Below are positions 47,133-56,897 of a DNA stretch of 64,000 nucleotides, piece by piece. The stretch is taken from positions 1 to 64,000 of the forward strand of contig CBDHHL010000049.1 of NCBI GenBank assembly GCA_965263355.1. The letters are read 5' to 3'. Source of the stretch: Leptolyngbyaceae cyanobacterium (GTDB lineage Bacteria; Cyanobacteriota; Cyanobacteriia; Phormidesmidales; Phormidesmidaceae). The notes beneath the pieces were generated by a model. It was not told where the DNA came from, did no database searches, and saw only the letters and a list, made by a program, of their open reading frames with translations. A program made the translations under genes and the position numbers. The stretch's first letter is position 1. Each line of letters opens with the position of its first letter.

Positions 47133-49832
47133 TTACTGCCAATTGCCAATCATGACAAAAGGAGCCCAGTAGTAGGGATGTTGATAGTCAGAACTTTGCA
47201 TGAGTGTGAGCTGGGCATTTCTCAGAGCTTGGGCTCGGGGCTGTTGAGTTTTAATCAGCTGTTGGTAAAATTCACTCATCAAGATAGATGTGGATGTATC
47301 CTGCACATTCCACAATGTGGCTACCGTACTCCGGGCACCGGATTCGATGGCTACACCGGCCATGCCCAAGGCTGCCCGACGATCCCCTTGAGCTGTTTGG
47401 CAAGCACTGAGTACTAACAACTCAATAGGGGTATCCCGACGTTGAGAAGATTGGAACAGTTCCCCCAAGTCTTTGACATTGATGCGATCATTCCAGGTCA
47501 ATAAAAAAGTGTCTTCTGCGGATGCACTAAACTGACCATGGGTCGCCAAGTGAACAATAGAAAATTCATTGTCCTCAGACTTTTCTATGATCCTATCTTT
47601 AGTAAATCGATTATTAATCAACACCTTGGCTGATACCAGTTGTTTAATTTGGTCAATCTCTTGCGCTACCCCTGGCAATGAACTAAAGCCCTGCCTTGCG
47701 GTGGTTAACCCAGCTGTTAATACGCTCAAAGAGTCTGATGCCAAAGGACGAGAATTGAGCAACTGCATGCTAGGGGTAAGGGCCAGACTATAGTGTTCTA
47801 CTAGATACCCCTGGCCATCGTACAAAATAGCCATGGGTATATTGCGCAGAAAACCATCGGGCACAAACACCAAGGTCTCAATAGTCTGTTGTTCTAGCTG
47901 GAGGGCAATGGGGGCAATCAGCCAATCGTAAAGCTGTTGTCCAAATGGCACTACTGCATTGATAGAACTAACAGGATGCAAGCTACCCAGGATATTCTGG
48001 AACAATGTTTCTTGATCAACAGCTGTAAGATCCACACTGTGGTGCAGGAGAGGCTGATGGGGTAAGGAAAAAATTACCTCCAGACGGTTTCTCAACACAA
48101 TGGGATAAATGATGGCCGCTTGGGGATCAATGGTCTCAATTTCCCGGGTTTGGTAGGTGAGGCAAGTTTCTCGGAAGTAGTTTTGTAGCTCAGCTAACTG
48201 CAGCGCTTCCATGGTGTCTCGGGCTTGTTCTAGTCTCTGTTGCTGCAGGGAGGCAGGCTGTTGGTCAATATCAATTAGCAGTAGCTCTACATAGCCGCGA
48301 TAAACTGGCTCAATACGATCGCGAAATGAAAACTTAGCATCAGGGTTAAGGGCCACCAGATCATATTGCAGGGTATCCAATTGACTAACCGCCCCCCCAA
48401 AGGCTGAGATCGCCTGTTCCGTAGCCCCTTGAGCCTTGAGGATACGACCCAACTGCCACTGTCCTTGGGCATTGGCATAGTTTGCCAGAGCACTAGGTAA
48501 CAGAGCCAACGACTGTTGGGTGAGTTCAAGGGCTGCTGTCCACTGTTGATTTTGTTCGTAAAGGTGACCCAACTGCTCCAGGGCAGTGGCTTCTGCCTGG
48601 GTATCTTCGATATTACGGGCCTGGTTTATCGCATGGGCTAATTGTTGAGCGATGTCTGAGGGAGAGATGTTTAAATTTGCCAACTGTTCCATACCGACAT
48701 TGTCAATCAGTAGATTCGCTAGATAGACCTGGGAATTTATCCCCCAACGACTGGGGGGGAGGGAAGAGAGTTTTGGCAGTAGTTGCCCTAGTTCTTGGTC
48801 AAGGTTAGACCAAGCAAAATCAGGGCTGTTAGCAGTCTCAAGTTTCAAGGCCAACTGTTTCAGTGTGGCCTCCAGTTGGATGTTGGGAGTGCCCTGATTG
48901 CGAACAGTTTGATAGAGGGTGAGGGCCGTTTGGCTATCCCCGAGTGCAGCGGTGGTTTGGGCCAAATCTAGTTGGATATCTGCCTGTTGTTCAGGTGTGT
49001 GAGCCAGGGGCAGGGCCTCGGTTAGGATAGCCTGAGCCTGAGCTAAATCACCCGTTCGCAGGAGAGTTTGGCCAAGACTTTGCAAAACGGTTAGTTTCAC
49101 CTCTGGTGGTGTAGACTCCGTCAGGTCTGTACGCACCGTATCCAATGTAGCTTTAGCTCGCCGATAAAAACCCAATACTCGTAATGCCTGGGCCTGGTTC
49201 AGACGTGTTCGGGCAATGGCTGCCGCAGTCTCATCTGAGCTCATGGTTTGATAGTGATCTATGGCCTGCTGCCAGGTATCCAGGGCCGCCGCTGCATCGC
49301 CTGTTTGCAGTTGATTACTTCCTTGGGTATTGAGAAGTTGAGCGGTTAAAAATGCTGTATTCTGGTTGCCCTCCAGGAGAGTCAGCCCCTGTCGAATGTG
49401 GATATCGGCCTGTTGCCACTGGCTAAGGGACTGGTGGGCAATGGCTAAATAGTTGTGGATAATGGCCCGTTGATAGGGAGCGCTTTGTGCCAGGGTGAGG
49501 GTCTTTTGCCAGGTTGAGATCGCCGCCCCATACTGACCAATATCGTACAATGCCTGCCCCCGATCCAGATAGTCACTCACTCTAGATGCATTAGCAACTA
49601 GATTCTCCAGACTTGTTGTCTCAGAAATTGTCACTTCTGGCGTAGCCGTAATCCTGGCAACTGAGCTACCAACACTATCAATCGGAGAGATTGCCCCATA
49701 GGCGTATTGCCCAAATGTCACTACAAAAAAGGTGATCAAGGTTAGTCCTGCATATCGCCATCCCTGCCAAACCCCTTTCCAAAACCGTTGTCGGGTCAAC
49801 CATCGATTCATATAGCCCCACCTCCTACACAA
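47133..49832 (-). CDS. CHAT domain protein with TPR repeats
   Basis: LVFVPDGFLRNIPM, IVHLATHGQF, LLVLSACQTA.GD, HPYYWAPFVMIGNW. Confidence 0.93.
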   Translation of the reverse strand: MCRRWGYMNRWLTRQRFWKGVWQGWRYAGLTLITFFVVTFGQYAYGAISPIDSVGSSVARITATPEVTISETTSLENLVANASRVSDYLDRGQALYDIGQYGAAISTWQKTLTLAQSAPYQRAIIHNYLAIAHQSLSQWQQADIHIRQGLTLLEGNQNTAFLTAQLLNTQGSNQLQTGDAAAALDTWQQAIDHYQTMSSDETAAAIARTRLNQAQALRVLGFYRRAKATLDTVRTDLTESTPPEVKLTVLQSLGQTLLRTGDLAQAQAILTEALPLAHTPEQQADIQLDLAQTTAALGDSQTALTLYQTVRNQGTPNIQLEATLKQLALKLETANSPDFAWSNLDQELGQLLPKLSSLPPSRWGINSQVYLANLLIDNVGMEQLANLNISPSDIAQQLAHAINQARNIEDTQAEATALEQLGHLYEQNQQWTAALELTQQSLALLPSALANYANAQGQWQLGRILKAQGATEQAISAFGGAVSQLDTLQYDLVALNPDAKFSFRDRIEPVYRGYVELLLIDIDQQPASLQQQRLEQARDTMEALQLAELQNYFRETCLTYQTREIETIDPQAAIIYPIVLRNRLEVIFSLPHQPLLHHSVDLTAVDQETLFQNILGSLHPVSSINAVVPFGQQLYDWLIAPIALQLEQQTIETLVFVPDGFLRNIPMAILYDGQGYLVEHYSLALTPSMQLLNSRPLASDSLSVLTAGLTTARQGFSSLPGVAQEIDQIKQLVSAKVLINNRFTKDRIIEKSEDNEFSIVHLATHGQFSASAEDTFLLTWNDRINVKDLGELFQSSQRRDTPIELLVLSACQTAQGDRRAALGMAGVAIESGARSTVATLWNVQDTSTSILMSEFYQQLIKTQQPRAQALRNAQLTLMQSSDYQHPYYWAPFVMIGNWQ

Positions 49833-52698
49833 GCCACCTGGCTACCGTTGTTGATAGTAGCTGTATCAGCCACTAACGCTACCGTTCCATCCGGATTCTG
49901 GGTCCATCCCTTGGCTTCTACCAGGGTAGTTTCTGCCGGGGCAGGCATTTGCGCAGCCTCCTGTCTACTGGGAGAACCATCATCCGCTAACTGAACTCCA
50001 ATCCCCCGCTCAAAGGCCGGTAACACGGGAAGACTCCTGACTTGTTGGGCCAAATCATCCGGCAGTCCACCCCGCCCCGTAGCGACAAAATTAGCCCCCT
50101 GGTTCGCCGGACATCCCGCAGTAATTTGGTTAGAACTATCTACTAAATCATTGGGTAATGAGACCAAACTCCTGCTAGGATCAATGGCCAACAGATTAAC
50201 TATCACCTCGCCATTGAGACCAATGTCAGAACTGGCCGTAATATCACTGCGTTCAGTCAATCTCTTTGGAAATGCCAGACCATAAACGCCTTGGGCCGTG
50301 ATTTCTATTCGTCCACCTTGTCCCTCTTGAGCATTGGCCGTAATGTCGCTATTCTCATCGGGAACGGCTACCAGATAATCACTCAAAATCGTGATGTTGC
50401 CCCCTGTCGCTGTTTGAGAAGCGTTGGTAGTAATCGTACTGTTATTACGTAGGAGAACCACATCGCTGTCCAAACGAATGTTCCCCTGATCGCCTGTAAA
50501 TGTAGAGGTGGTAATCGTTCCCTGATTACGCAGTTGAGTGGTTTTGGCCGTAATATCAATGCTGCCAGCTGCCCCTTGTCCAGGCGCTATATCAAAAATA
50601 TCAACACTGGGAAAGTTACTGGCGTTGATAGTGGCTCCATTTTGCACCTCTAGGGAATTTGTAGTGACCATGATAGTGCCACCATTACCCCTATCCTCAA
50701 AGGCATTGGCAAATAGGCCACTCCGCCCCAAACTGTTGCGGCCATCCAAAGTAATGGCATTAGCATTAACGACTAAGTCATTACCATTGCCTGATCCACT
50801 GGTACCCGTAACAATTTGAGCCCCATTCAGCACGGTCAAGGTTTCGGTCTGCAGATCGATTTTTCCTCCAGTCCTAGGGCGTCTGTCGCGACAGACGAGA
50901 AAATACCTGTAGGAGAATCATCTAGCCCTATCAGATCCACTGATTGGGCTTGAATAATAATATTGCCAGCTTTTTGCCCACTCGCAGTTGAACTATCAAT
51001 GCCGCCGCCATCAGTAATTGTAAGCTGTTGGGTCACTAAATTAATATCTCCCCCTTGCCCAGCACTACCTTGTTCCGAGGAGGAAAAAATCCCACTGGGA
51101 AAGAGGGCTGTATCAGGATCATCATTCTGCACATTGATCTGATCAACCAGCACATTTATATGGCCACCATCGCCTTGACCAAAAACGGTGGTAGATAAAT
51201 TAGCACCAGCTGAAATGTCTAAGACATCTCCAATAATGGTGATATCACCACCATCTCCTTCCCCTTCTACCTGGGATACAATTCTACTGGGGAAAGGCCC
51301 CGCTCTCCCTGTCAGTTCAATCGTACTGGCATCAATGGTAATTTGACCACTATCTCCTATGCCAAAGGTACTACCATCAATAATGGCTCCATTATCAATT
51401 AATAGCTGATCAGCTTGAAGGGTAAAATTCCCACCGGTCCCCTTAGCCAAAAAATCAGCAACGCTCAGAAAGAATCCACTGGCACCAAACTCTGGGGTCC
51501 CTCCAGACAATGCAACCTGGTCACCCTGCACTGTAATATGGCCACCATTGCCATCCCCAAACACACTAGTGGAAACTTGCGCCCCATCTGCTACCACGAT
51601 AGTTGGGGCCTCTAGTGTCACATTTCCCCCCTGGCCAGTAGCTCCAAAGCCGACTTCAGAAAATAAGCTAGTGGGAAAGAAGGCTTCACCTGTAATCGGA
51701 TCTAGTTCTGCCCCTAGTAAATTAATGACTTCTGTAGCTCTGAGAGTGACACCAGCACCTACTTCTGTATCAAAAATATTGGCTAAAATCGTGGAGCCAT
51801 CTAACAAGTCGACATACTCACCTTCAATCTGTACAATCCCCCCCCCGAAGCCACTGGTAAGAATGGAAGATGCATTAAACAGCGCTACGTCTGCCATGGG
51901 AAAGGTCGTATTGGCAGGTTGTGCGGTCCACCCGAAGGCATCTGCTTGTAGAGTAACCATACTCTCTGGGCCAGCCCCCAGCAGCTCCACCCGCCCATCC
52001 GATGCTGTCAAACTGCCCCCATCGAGAAGCACATCTCCCCCCAGTAGTGCCAGGGTATTCCCCGCAGCCACCCGCAGCCCCGTACGCGGTACGGTGGGTA
52101 ACACCTCTAAGGTAAACGGATCAATAATTAGTCCGTGGCCATTGCCCAAAACCTCAATACTATTGGGAGCTGCACCATATTGCACACCAATAGGGATGCT
52201 AATGTTTAAAAAAGCTGCATTCTCAGGTACGACAGCGCTAAACTGCTGACCATTTTCAAACAGAATGCTATCGGCTGTTGTGGCAATAAATGACCCACCA
52301 ACATCAAGTTCAGCCGTGGCCCCAAAGACAATCCCATTGGGATTCAGCAAAAACAAATCTGCATTTCCTTGGGTGGCTAATACCCCATCAATGATAGATG
52401 GCTCAACACCGGTTACCCGAGTAAACAGTGTCGTTAAATCTAGGGCATTGGCAAATTGAGCGACCTCTCCTGGAGCTACAGACAACTGGTCAAAGCTGTG
52501 CAACAAAACATTGCCAGAGCGAGTCCCCCCAGTAATCGTAATCAGGTTATTGTTAGGGGTGACGATAGAAGAGGCAGTGCCATCAGGGATGATCTGGGCC
52601 ACTGCAGTCGAGCTCAAACCACCCATGGTCAGTACCGCACTTAAGGCACTGAACACAACTGTGATACGTGATGTCGGTGAATATTGCTCTATCTGCAT
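49808..52698 (-). pseudogene. Filamentous haemagglutinin-family (TPS domain) exoprotein split by a 1-bp frameshift
   Basis: AQIIPDGT, HSFDQLS, LFLLNPNGIVFG secretion domain in 50836-52698; repeats and NSDITANA...GGLP...EAKGW tail in 49808-50839; frames join at ~50873. Confidence 0.85.
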
Positions 52699-52723
52699 TG
52701 TGCCTCTATGTACCTATATACGT

Positions 52724-55700
52724 TTACCCCAAGAACTCAATTCGACCGGTTAGATCTTGATCAGCCGTATTAAACACATCAGAGACCAGATCGTCTCCCT
52801 TGAAAATCCAGGTACTGCTACCCTCCACGCTAAAGCGATAGTCAGCTAGAGAACCACTCAGGACGATAGTGTCTTCTGTTTCATTAAAGTCAAGGATGTC
52901 AGCAAAGTCCTGGTATCCACCATCAGCATAGAAGCTACCGGTTTCATCCCCCAGAACAAAGACATCTGCACCGCCCCCCCCTGTTAGCTGATCAATGCCA
53001 GCAAACCCAACCAGACGTTCACTAGCATCAGTACCCACCAAAGCATCGTTGGCCGATGTACCCTCAATAAGAGTTTTGGGTTCAGCGCTCACATCATCAT
53101 CTTGTTGACCCTCGTTATCATCATCTTGTTGACCCTCGTTATCATCATCTTGTTGACCCTCGTCATCTCCTTCAGAGGATGGCGCATCATCATCGGCAAA
53201 TACAGTTCGACTGGTTAGATCTTGACCAGCCGTATTAAACACATCAGCAACCAGATCGTCTCCCTTGAAAATCCAGGTACTGCTACCCTCCACGCTAAAG
53301 CGATAGTCAGCTAGAGAACCACTCAGGACGATAGTGTCTTCTGACTCATTAAAGTCAAGGATGTCAGCAAAGTCCTGGTATCCACTATCAGCATAGAAGC
53401 TACCGGTTTCATCCCCCAGAACAAAGACATCTGCACCGCCCCCCCCTGTTAGCTGATCAATGCCAGCAAACCCAACCAGACGTTCACTAGCATCAGTACC
53501 CACCAAAGCATCGTTGGCCGATGTACCCTTAATAAGAGTTTTGGGTTCAGCGCTCACATCATCATCATCGTTATCATCATCTTGTTGACCCTCGTCATCT
53601 CCTTCAGAGGATGGCGCATCATCATCGGCAAATACAGTTCGACTGGTTAGATCTTGACCAGCCGTATTAAACACATCAGCAACCAGATCGTCTCCCTTGA
53701 AAATCCAGGTACTGCTACCCTCCACGCTAAAGCGATAGTCAGCTAGAGAACCACTCAGGACGATAGTGTCTTCTGACTCATTAAAGTCAAGGATGTCAGC
53801 AAAGTCCTGGTATCCACCATCAGCATAGAAGCTACCGGTTTCATCCCCCAGAACAAAGACATCTGCACCGCCCCCCCCTGTTAGCTGATCAATGCCAGCA
53901 AACCCAACCAGACGTTCACTAGCATCAGTACCCACCAAAGCATCGTTGGCCGATGTACCCTCAATAAGAGTTTTGCCGTCAGGCTTGGGGATGGTTGAAT
54001 CAGAGATAGGAGAGAAGTCTTTAGTTGAAACCTCAATGGCTAAACGTTGGGTGTCAATATCTCGAAAGTCTTGCCCCTCTCCCAGGATGGCTGTTACGAC
54101 TATGTCATAGATATTATTCCCATCGCTATCTAAAGGTGTTTCCTCACTGGGAATTGTCTTAAATTGGACCTCTCCAGTTGTGGAGTCGATGGTAAACCAC
54201 TCAGCATCATCTCCACCAGTAATAGAATAGCGAATGGGACGCTCATTCCTGAAGGCATCATAGCGCTCTTGCAAGGCGCGTTCATCATCGCTAGCCTCAA
54301 GGGGGGATAGTGGTTTTGCGAATAGATCGGGACCCGCCTGAACTAAATCAGCTAAATCAGCGCCCAAACTCGTATCTGTAAAGAAGAGTCGATCACTTTC
54401 TAGGGTAAAGTCGACACCATTCTCAAAAGTTGCGAGGGACTGCCCCTGATAGAACAGTGTATTGAAGTTGAGTTGATAGTCTTGACGTGAACCATAGAGC
54501 AGTAGTGTATCTTGAGTTGAGAAATCAGCGATCAGGGTCTGGGTGCCAAAACGGATGTAAGCCCCTTGGCGATCGCCCAGAATAATCAGGTCATTGCCGG
54601 ACCCGGTGTTTACAATGCTCTGCTCAACGGCAAGATCAATCACATCATTACCGTCACCAGTAGACACATTAGCTTGAACGGTATTCAGACGGACAATATC
54701 GTTACCCTCACCTGTTGTCACTGTGAAGATGTCTGTACTGTACTCAGGGGGAATGAGGTGATTAGTGATTGTTATGGTATTGTTACCATCGCCAGTATCA
54801 ATATCACCGCCAGTGCCGATCAGGGTGACTTCATCATTACCATCCCCTGCAGTAATAGTAATGTTGCTATCCTGAGTACCTTGAATATGGATAAGGTTAT
54901 TTCCCCCGGTGGTGGTAACAGTAGCATCCTTTGTTAGCAAGTAAATGGAGTCATTGCCACTGCCAGTAGAAATTCTATGGGTGCTGGGGGTGGACAGTAA
55001 ACTAAGGTCAGTGACATCAGCATTGATTACTAAGCTGTCAAGATTGTTGATACCTACGCCAAAAAGACCATAGCTATATATTTGATTATTACCGCCGGTG
55101 GTTTCGACAATATTGTTATCGGCCCCCACTGAAATATAGTCATTGCCACTACCTGTGGTGACTCTGACATCACCAGATTCAGATGTCAAAAAAGCATAGT
55201 TGTTGCCTTCACCAGCATTAATCGTGTAGCTGGTATCAATAGCTTGAGATGAATCGCGTGCATCTACCCCGACAATGGTGTCGTTGCCAGCAGCGGCGGT
55301 CACACGAGCTGTAAAGTCTCCCAGAACAACCAAGTTATTGCCGTCCCCTGTGTCAATATTAACAGGGGTATTCAGGGATGGAAGTACTGGCCATATATAA
55401 TCGCTGGCATCGGTACCAAGGAGGGTGTCGCTACGGAAAAATAATTGAGCATAGGGGATCGCCTGGACCGTTGTGACTTGAGTGCTCCCTGCGCTCGCAG
55501 CTATTTGGGCAAACTCCCCGGCTCCGTCACTGACGATATTAACAACGGTAGGATCTAATCCATCTTCTTGCCAGTATGTCCAGCGCCTGGTACGCACACT
55601 ACTACGACGACGCTCAAAGAGATTTTGATTGTCGATAATAGCCCTAGCTAGGCCTATCTGTTTATCTTGGGTAAAGGCACTCGTTTCCAGGGCTGTTTCC

Positions 55701-56884
55701 AGATCGCTAATGTCTACCCCAACTGTTTGAGCTAGAGTTGTTTGAGTCTCTTGCAAGAGACTGGCATAATTCAGCGAAGAGGTTGAATCCCTCAGGTCGT
55801 AGCCAATGATATCCAGAGCCTGTAAATCCAAGGTGGAGATAGTGGATCGAAACCCTGGAACCAGGGCAGGATCCATAATACCCAGGCTCTTGTAGGTGGC
55901 CTGACGGGCATTTTCTAAAATGGTGGTATAGGTCTGGTCACCAATATCCACTTCGTTTTCCACTAAAAATTGGCTAAGCTGTAATGCTCCGACAAGCTCG
56001 GCATCTCGACTGCTAACTGGGGCTGAAATATTAATTAAGTCCAAAAGTGCCGTGGTTAGATCAAACTCAGGCACTTCTGGTGTCAAATTAGAGTTGTCCG
56101 GTGCTTGATAGGCCCAGTGGCTGGCCTGATAACCCTCTACACCGCCAAAAACGTTAATCAGACCGCTCGCCATGGGGGCAATTGAGGTTTGGCCACCATC
56201 AATGGAGAAATAGACGTCTTGGCCAGGGGTAAATTCTCGGGCTTTAGTTCCAGCACTGCGATCGCTATAGCGAAATAAATCCAGCAGTGACGTTTGTCCC
56301 AAGTTGGCTTGATTGGTAATATCTCCAATCACATCTACACCACTAATAAAGCCCATAATATGGCCTAACTCATGGAGGGCCATGCTGAGAAAGTCTAACT
56401 GACTACTAGATGACGCTGAGGTGCGGGAAAAGTCGTAGCTCCAACTAAAGCTGCTGTCATTGAGATCATTGAAAACAATGTATCCATCAACTGGGGCGAC
56501 TAAATTTTCTAACCCTAGGGCCTTAGCATTGGCCTGGGTAATCGTTAGGTCACTGGCTTGATATTGGGTGTCATTGAGAACAGCACTGTACTGGATATCA
56601 CCATTGGCATCTGATGTGGTGTTGAGGTTCGCAATCGCAATCTCATCATCTATGGATGTAACATCTTGCCCCAGCAACCACTGCACTGTCTCAATGTTTG
56701 TAGTGACATAGGTCGGCAGTGCGCCGCCAACCACAGAAGGGGGCAGCTCATCCGTGGCCGACACGTGAATATTGAAAACCGTATCATCCTGAAAATATTG
56801 ACTCCAAATACGCCCAGCCATTTCGAAACCAATAATCTGTTCCGACGATATCCCAGGTTGAAATGTGAAATTAAAGTTTGTCAT
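52724..56884 (-). CDS. Large secreted zinc metalloprotease (NF038122-like) with Ca-binding Gly/Asp repeats, cadherin-like domain and triplicated C-terminal domain
   Basis: QANAKALGL, LHELGHIMGF (HExxH), LDLFRYS, YFSIDGG, ASHW, GIMDP; many TGxGND repeats; YSITGGDDAEWFTID..TG. Confidence 0.88.
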   Translation of the reverse strand: MTNFNFTFQPGISSEQIIGFEMAGRIWSQYFQDDTVFNIHVSATDELPPSVVGGALPTYVTTNIETVQWLLGQDVTSIDDEIAIANLNTTSDANGDIQYSAVLNDTQYQASDLTITQANAKALGLENLVAPVDGYIVFNDLNDSSFSWSYDFSRTSASSSSQLDFLSMALHELGHIMGFISGVDVIGDITNQANLGQTSLLDLFRYSDRSAGTKAREFTPGQDVYFSIDGGQTSIAPMASGLINVFGGVEGYQASHWAYQAPDNSNLTPEVPEFDLTTALLDLINISAPVSSRDAELVGALQLSQFLVENEVDIGDQTYTTILENARQATYKSLGIMDPALVPGFRSTISTLDLQALDIIGYDLRDSTSSLNYASLLQETQTTLAQTVGVDISDLETALETSAFTQDKQIGLARAIIDNQNLFERRRSSVRTRRWTYWQEDGLDPTVVNIVSDGAGEFAQIAASAGSTQVTTVQAIPYAQLFFRSDTLLGTDASDYIWPVLPSLNTPVNIDTGDGNNLVVLGDFTARVTAAAGNDTIVGVDARDSSQAIDTSYTINAGEGNNYAFLTSESGDVRVTTGSGNDYISVGADNNIVETTGGNNQIYSYGLFGVGINNLDSLVINADVTDLSLLSTPSTHRISTGSGNDSIYLLTKDATVTTTGGNNLIHIQGTQDSNITITAGDGNDEVTLIGTGGDIDTGDGNNTITITNHLIPPEYSTDIFTVTTGEGNDIVRLNTVQANVSTGDGNDVIDLAVEQSIVNTGSGNDLIILGDRQGAYIRFGTQTLIADFSTQDTLLLYGSRQDYQLNFNTLFYQGQSLATFENGVDFTLESDRLFFTDTSLGADLADLVQAGPDLFAKPLSPLEASDDERALQERYDAFRNERPIRYSITGGDDAEWFTIDSTTGEVQFKTIPSEETPLDSDGNNIYDIVVTAILGEGQDFRDIDTQRLAIEVSTKDFSPISDSTIPKPDGKTLIEGTSANDALVGTDASERLVGFAGIDQLTGGGGADVFVLGDETGSFYADGGYQDFADILDFNESEDTIVLSGSLADYRFSVEGSSTWIFKGDDLVADVFNTAGQDLTSRTVFADDDAPSSEGDDEGQQDDDNDDDDVSAEPKTLIKGTSANDALVGTDASERLVGFAGIDQLTGGGGADVFVLGDETGSFYADSGYQDFADILDFNESEDTIVLSGSLADYRFSVEGSSTWIFKGDDLVADVFNTAGQDLTSRTVFADDDAPSSEGDDEGQQDDDNEGQQDDDNEGQQDDDVSAEPKTLIEGTSANDALVGTDASERLVGFAGIDQLTGGGGADVFVLGDETGSFYADGGYQDFADILDFNETEDTIVLSGSLADYRFSVEGSSTWIFKGDDLVSDVFNTADQDLTGRIEFLG
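52748..53972 (-). repeat. Three near-identical intragenic domain repeats with acidic linkers
   Basis: TLI.GTSANDALVG...DVFNTA.QDLT repeated with periods of 465 and 432 bp; a fourth diverged copy ends the upstream paralog (~56920-57250). Confidence 0.92.
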
Positions 56885-56897
56885 CGTATATACACAT

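Noticed and set aside
51548..52249. 233-aa plus-strand ORF and similar antisense ORFs inside long genes
   Set aside because: Shadow frames opposite well-supported genes with no recognisable motifs.
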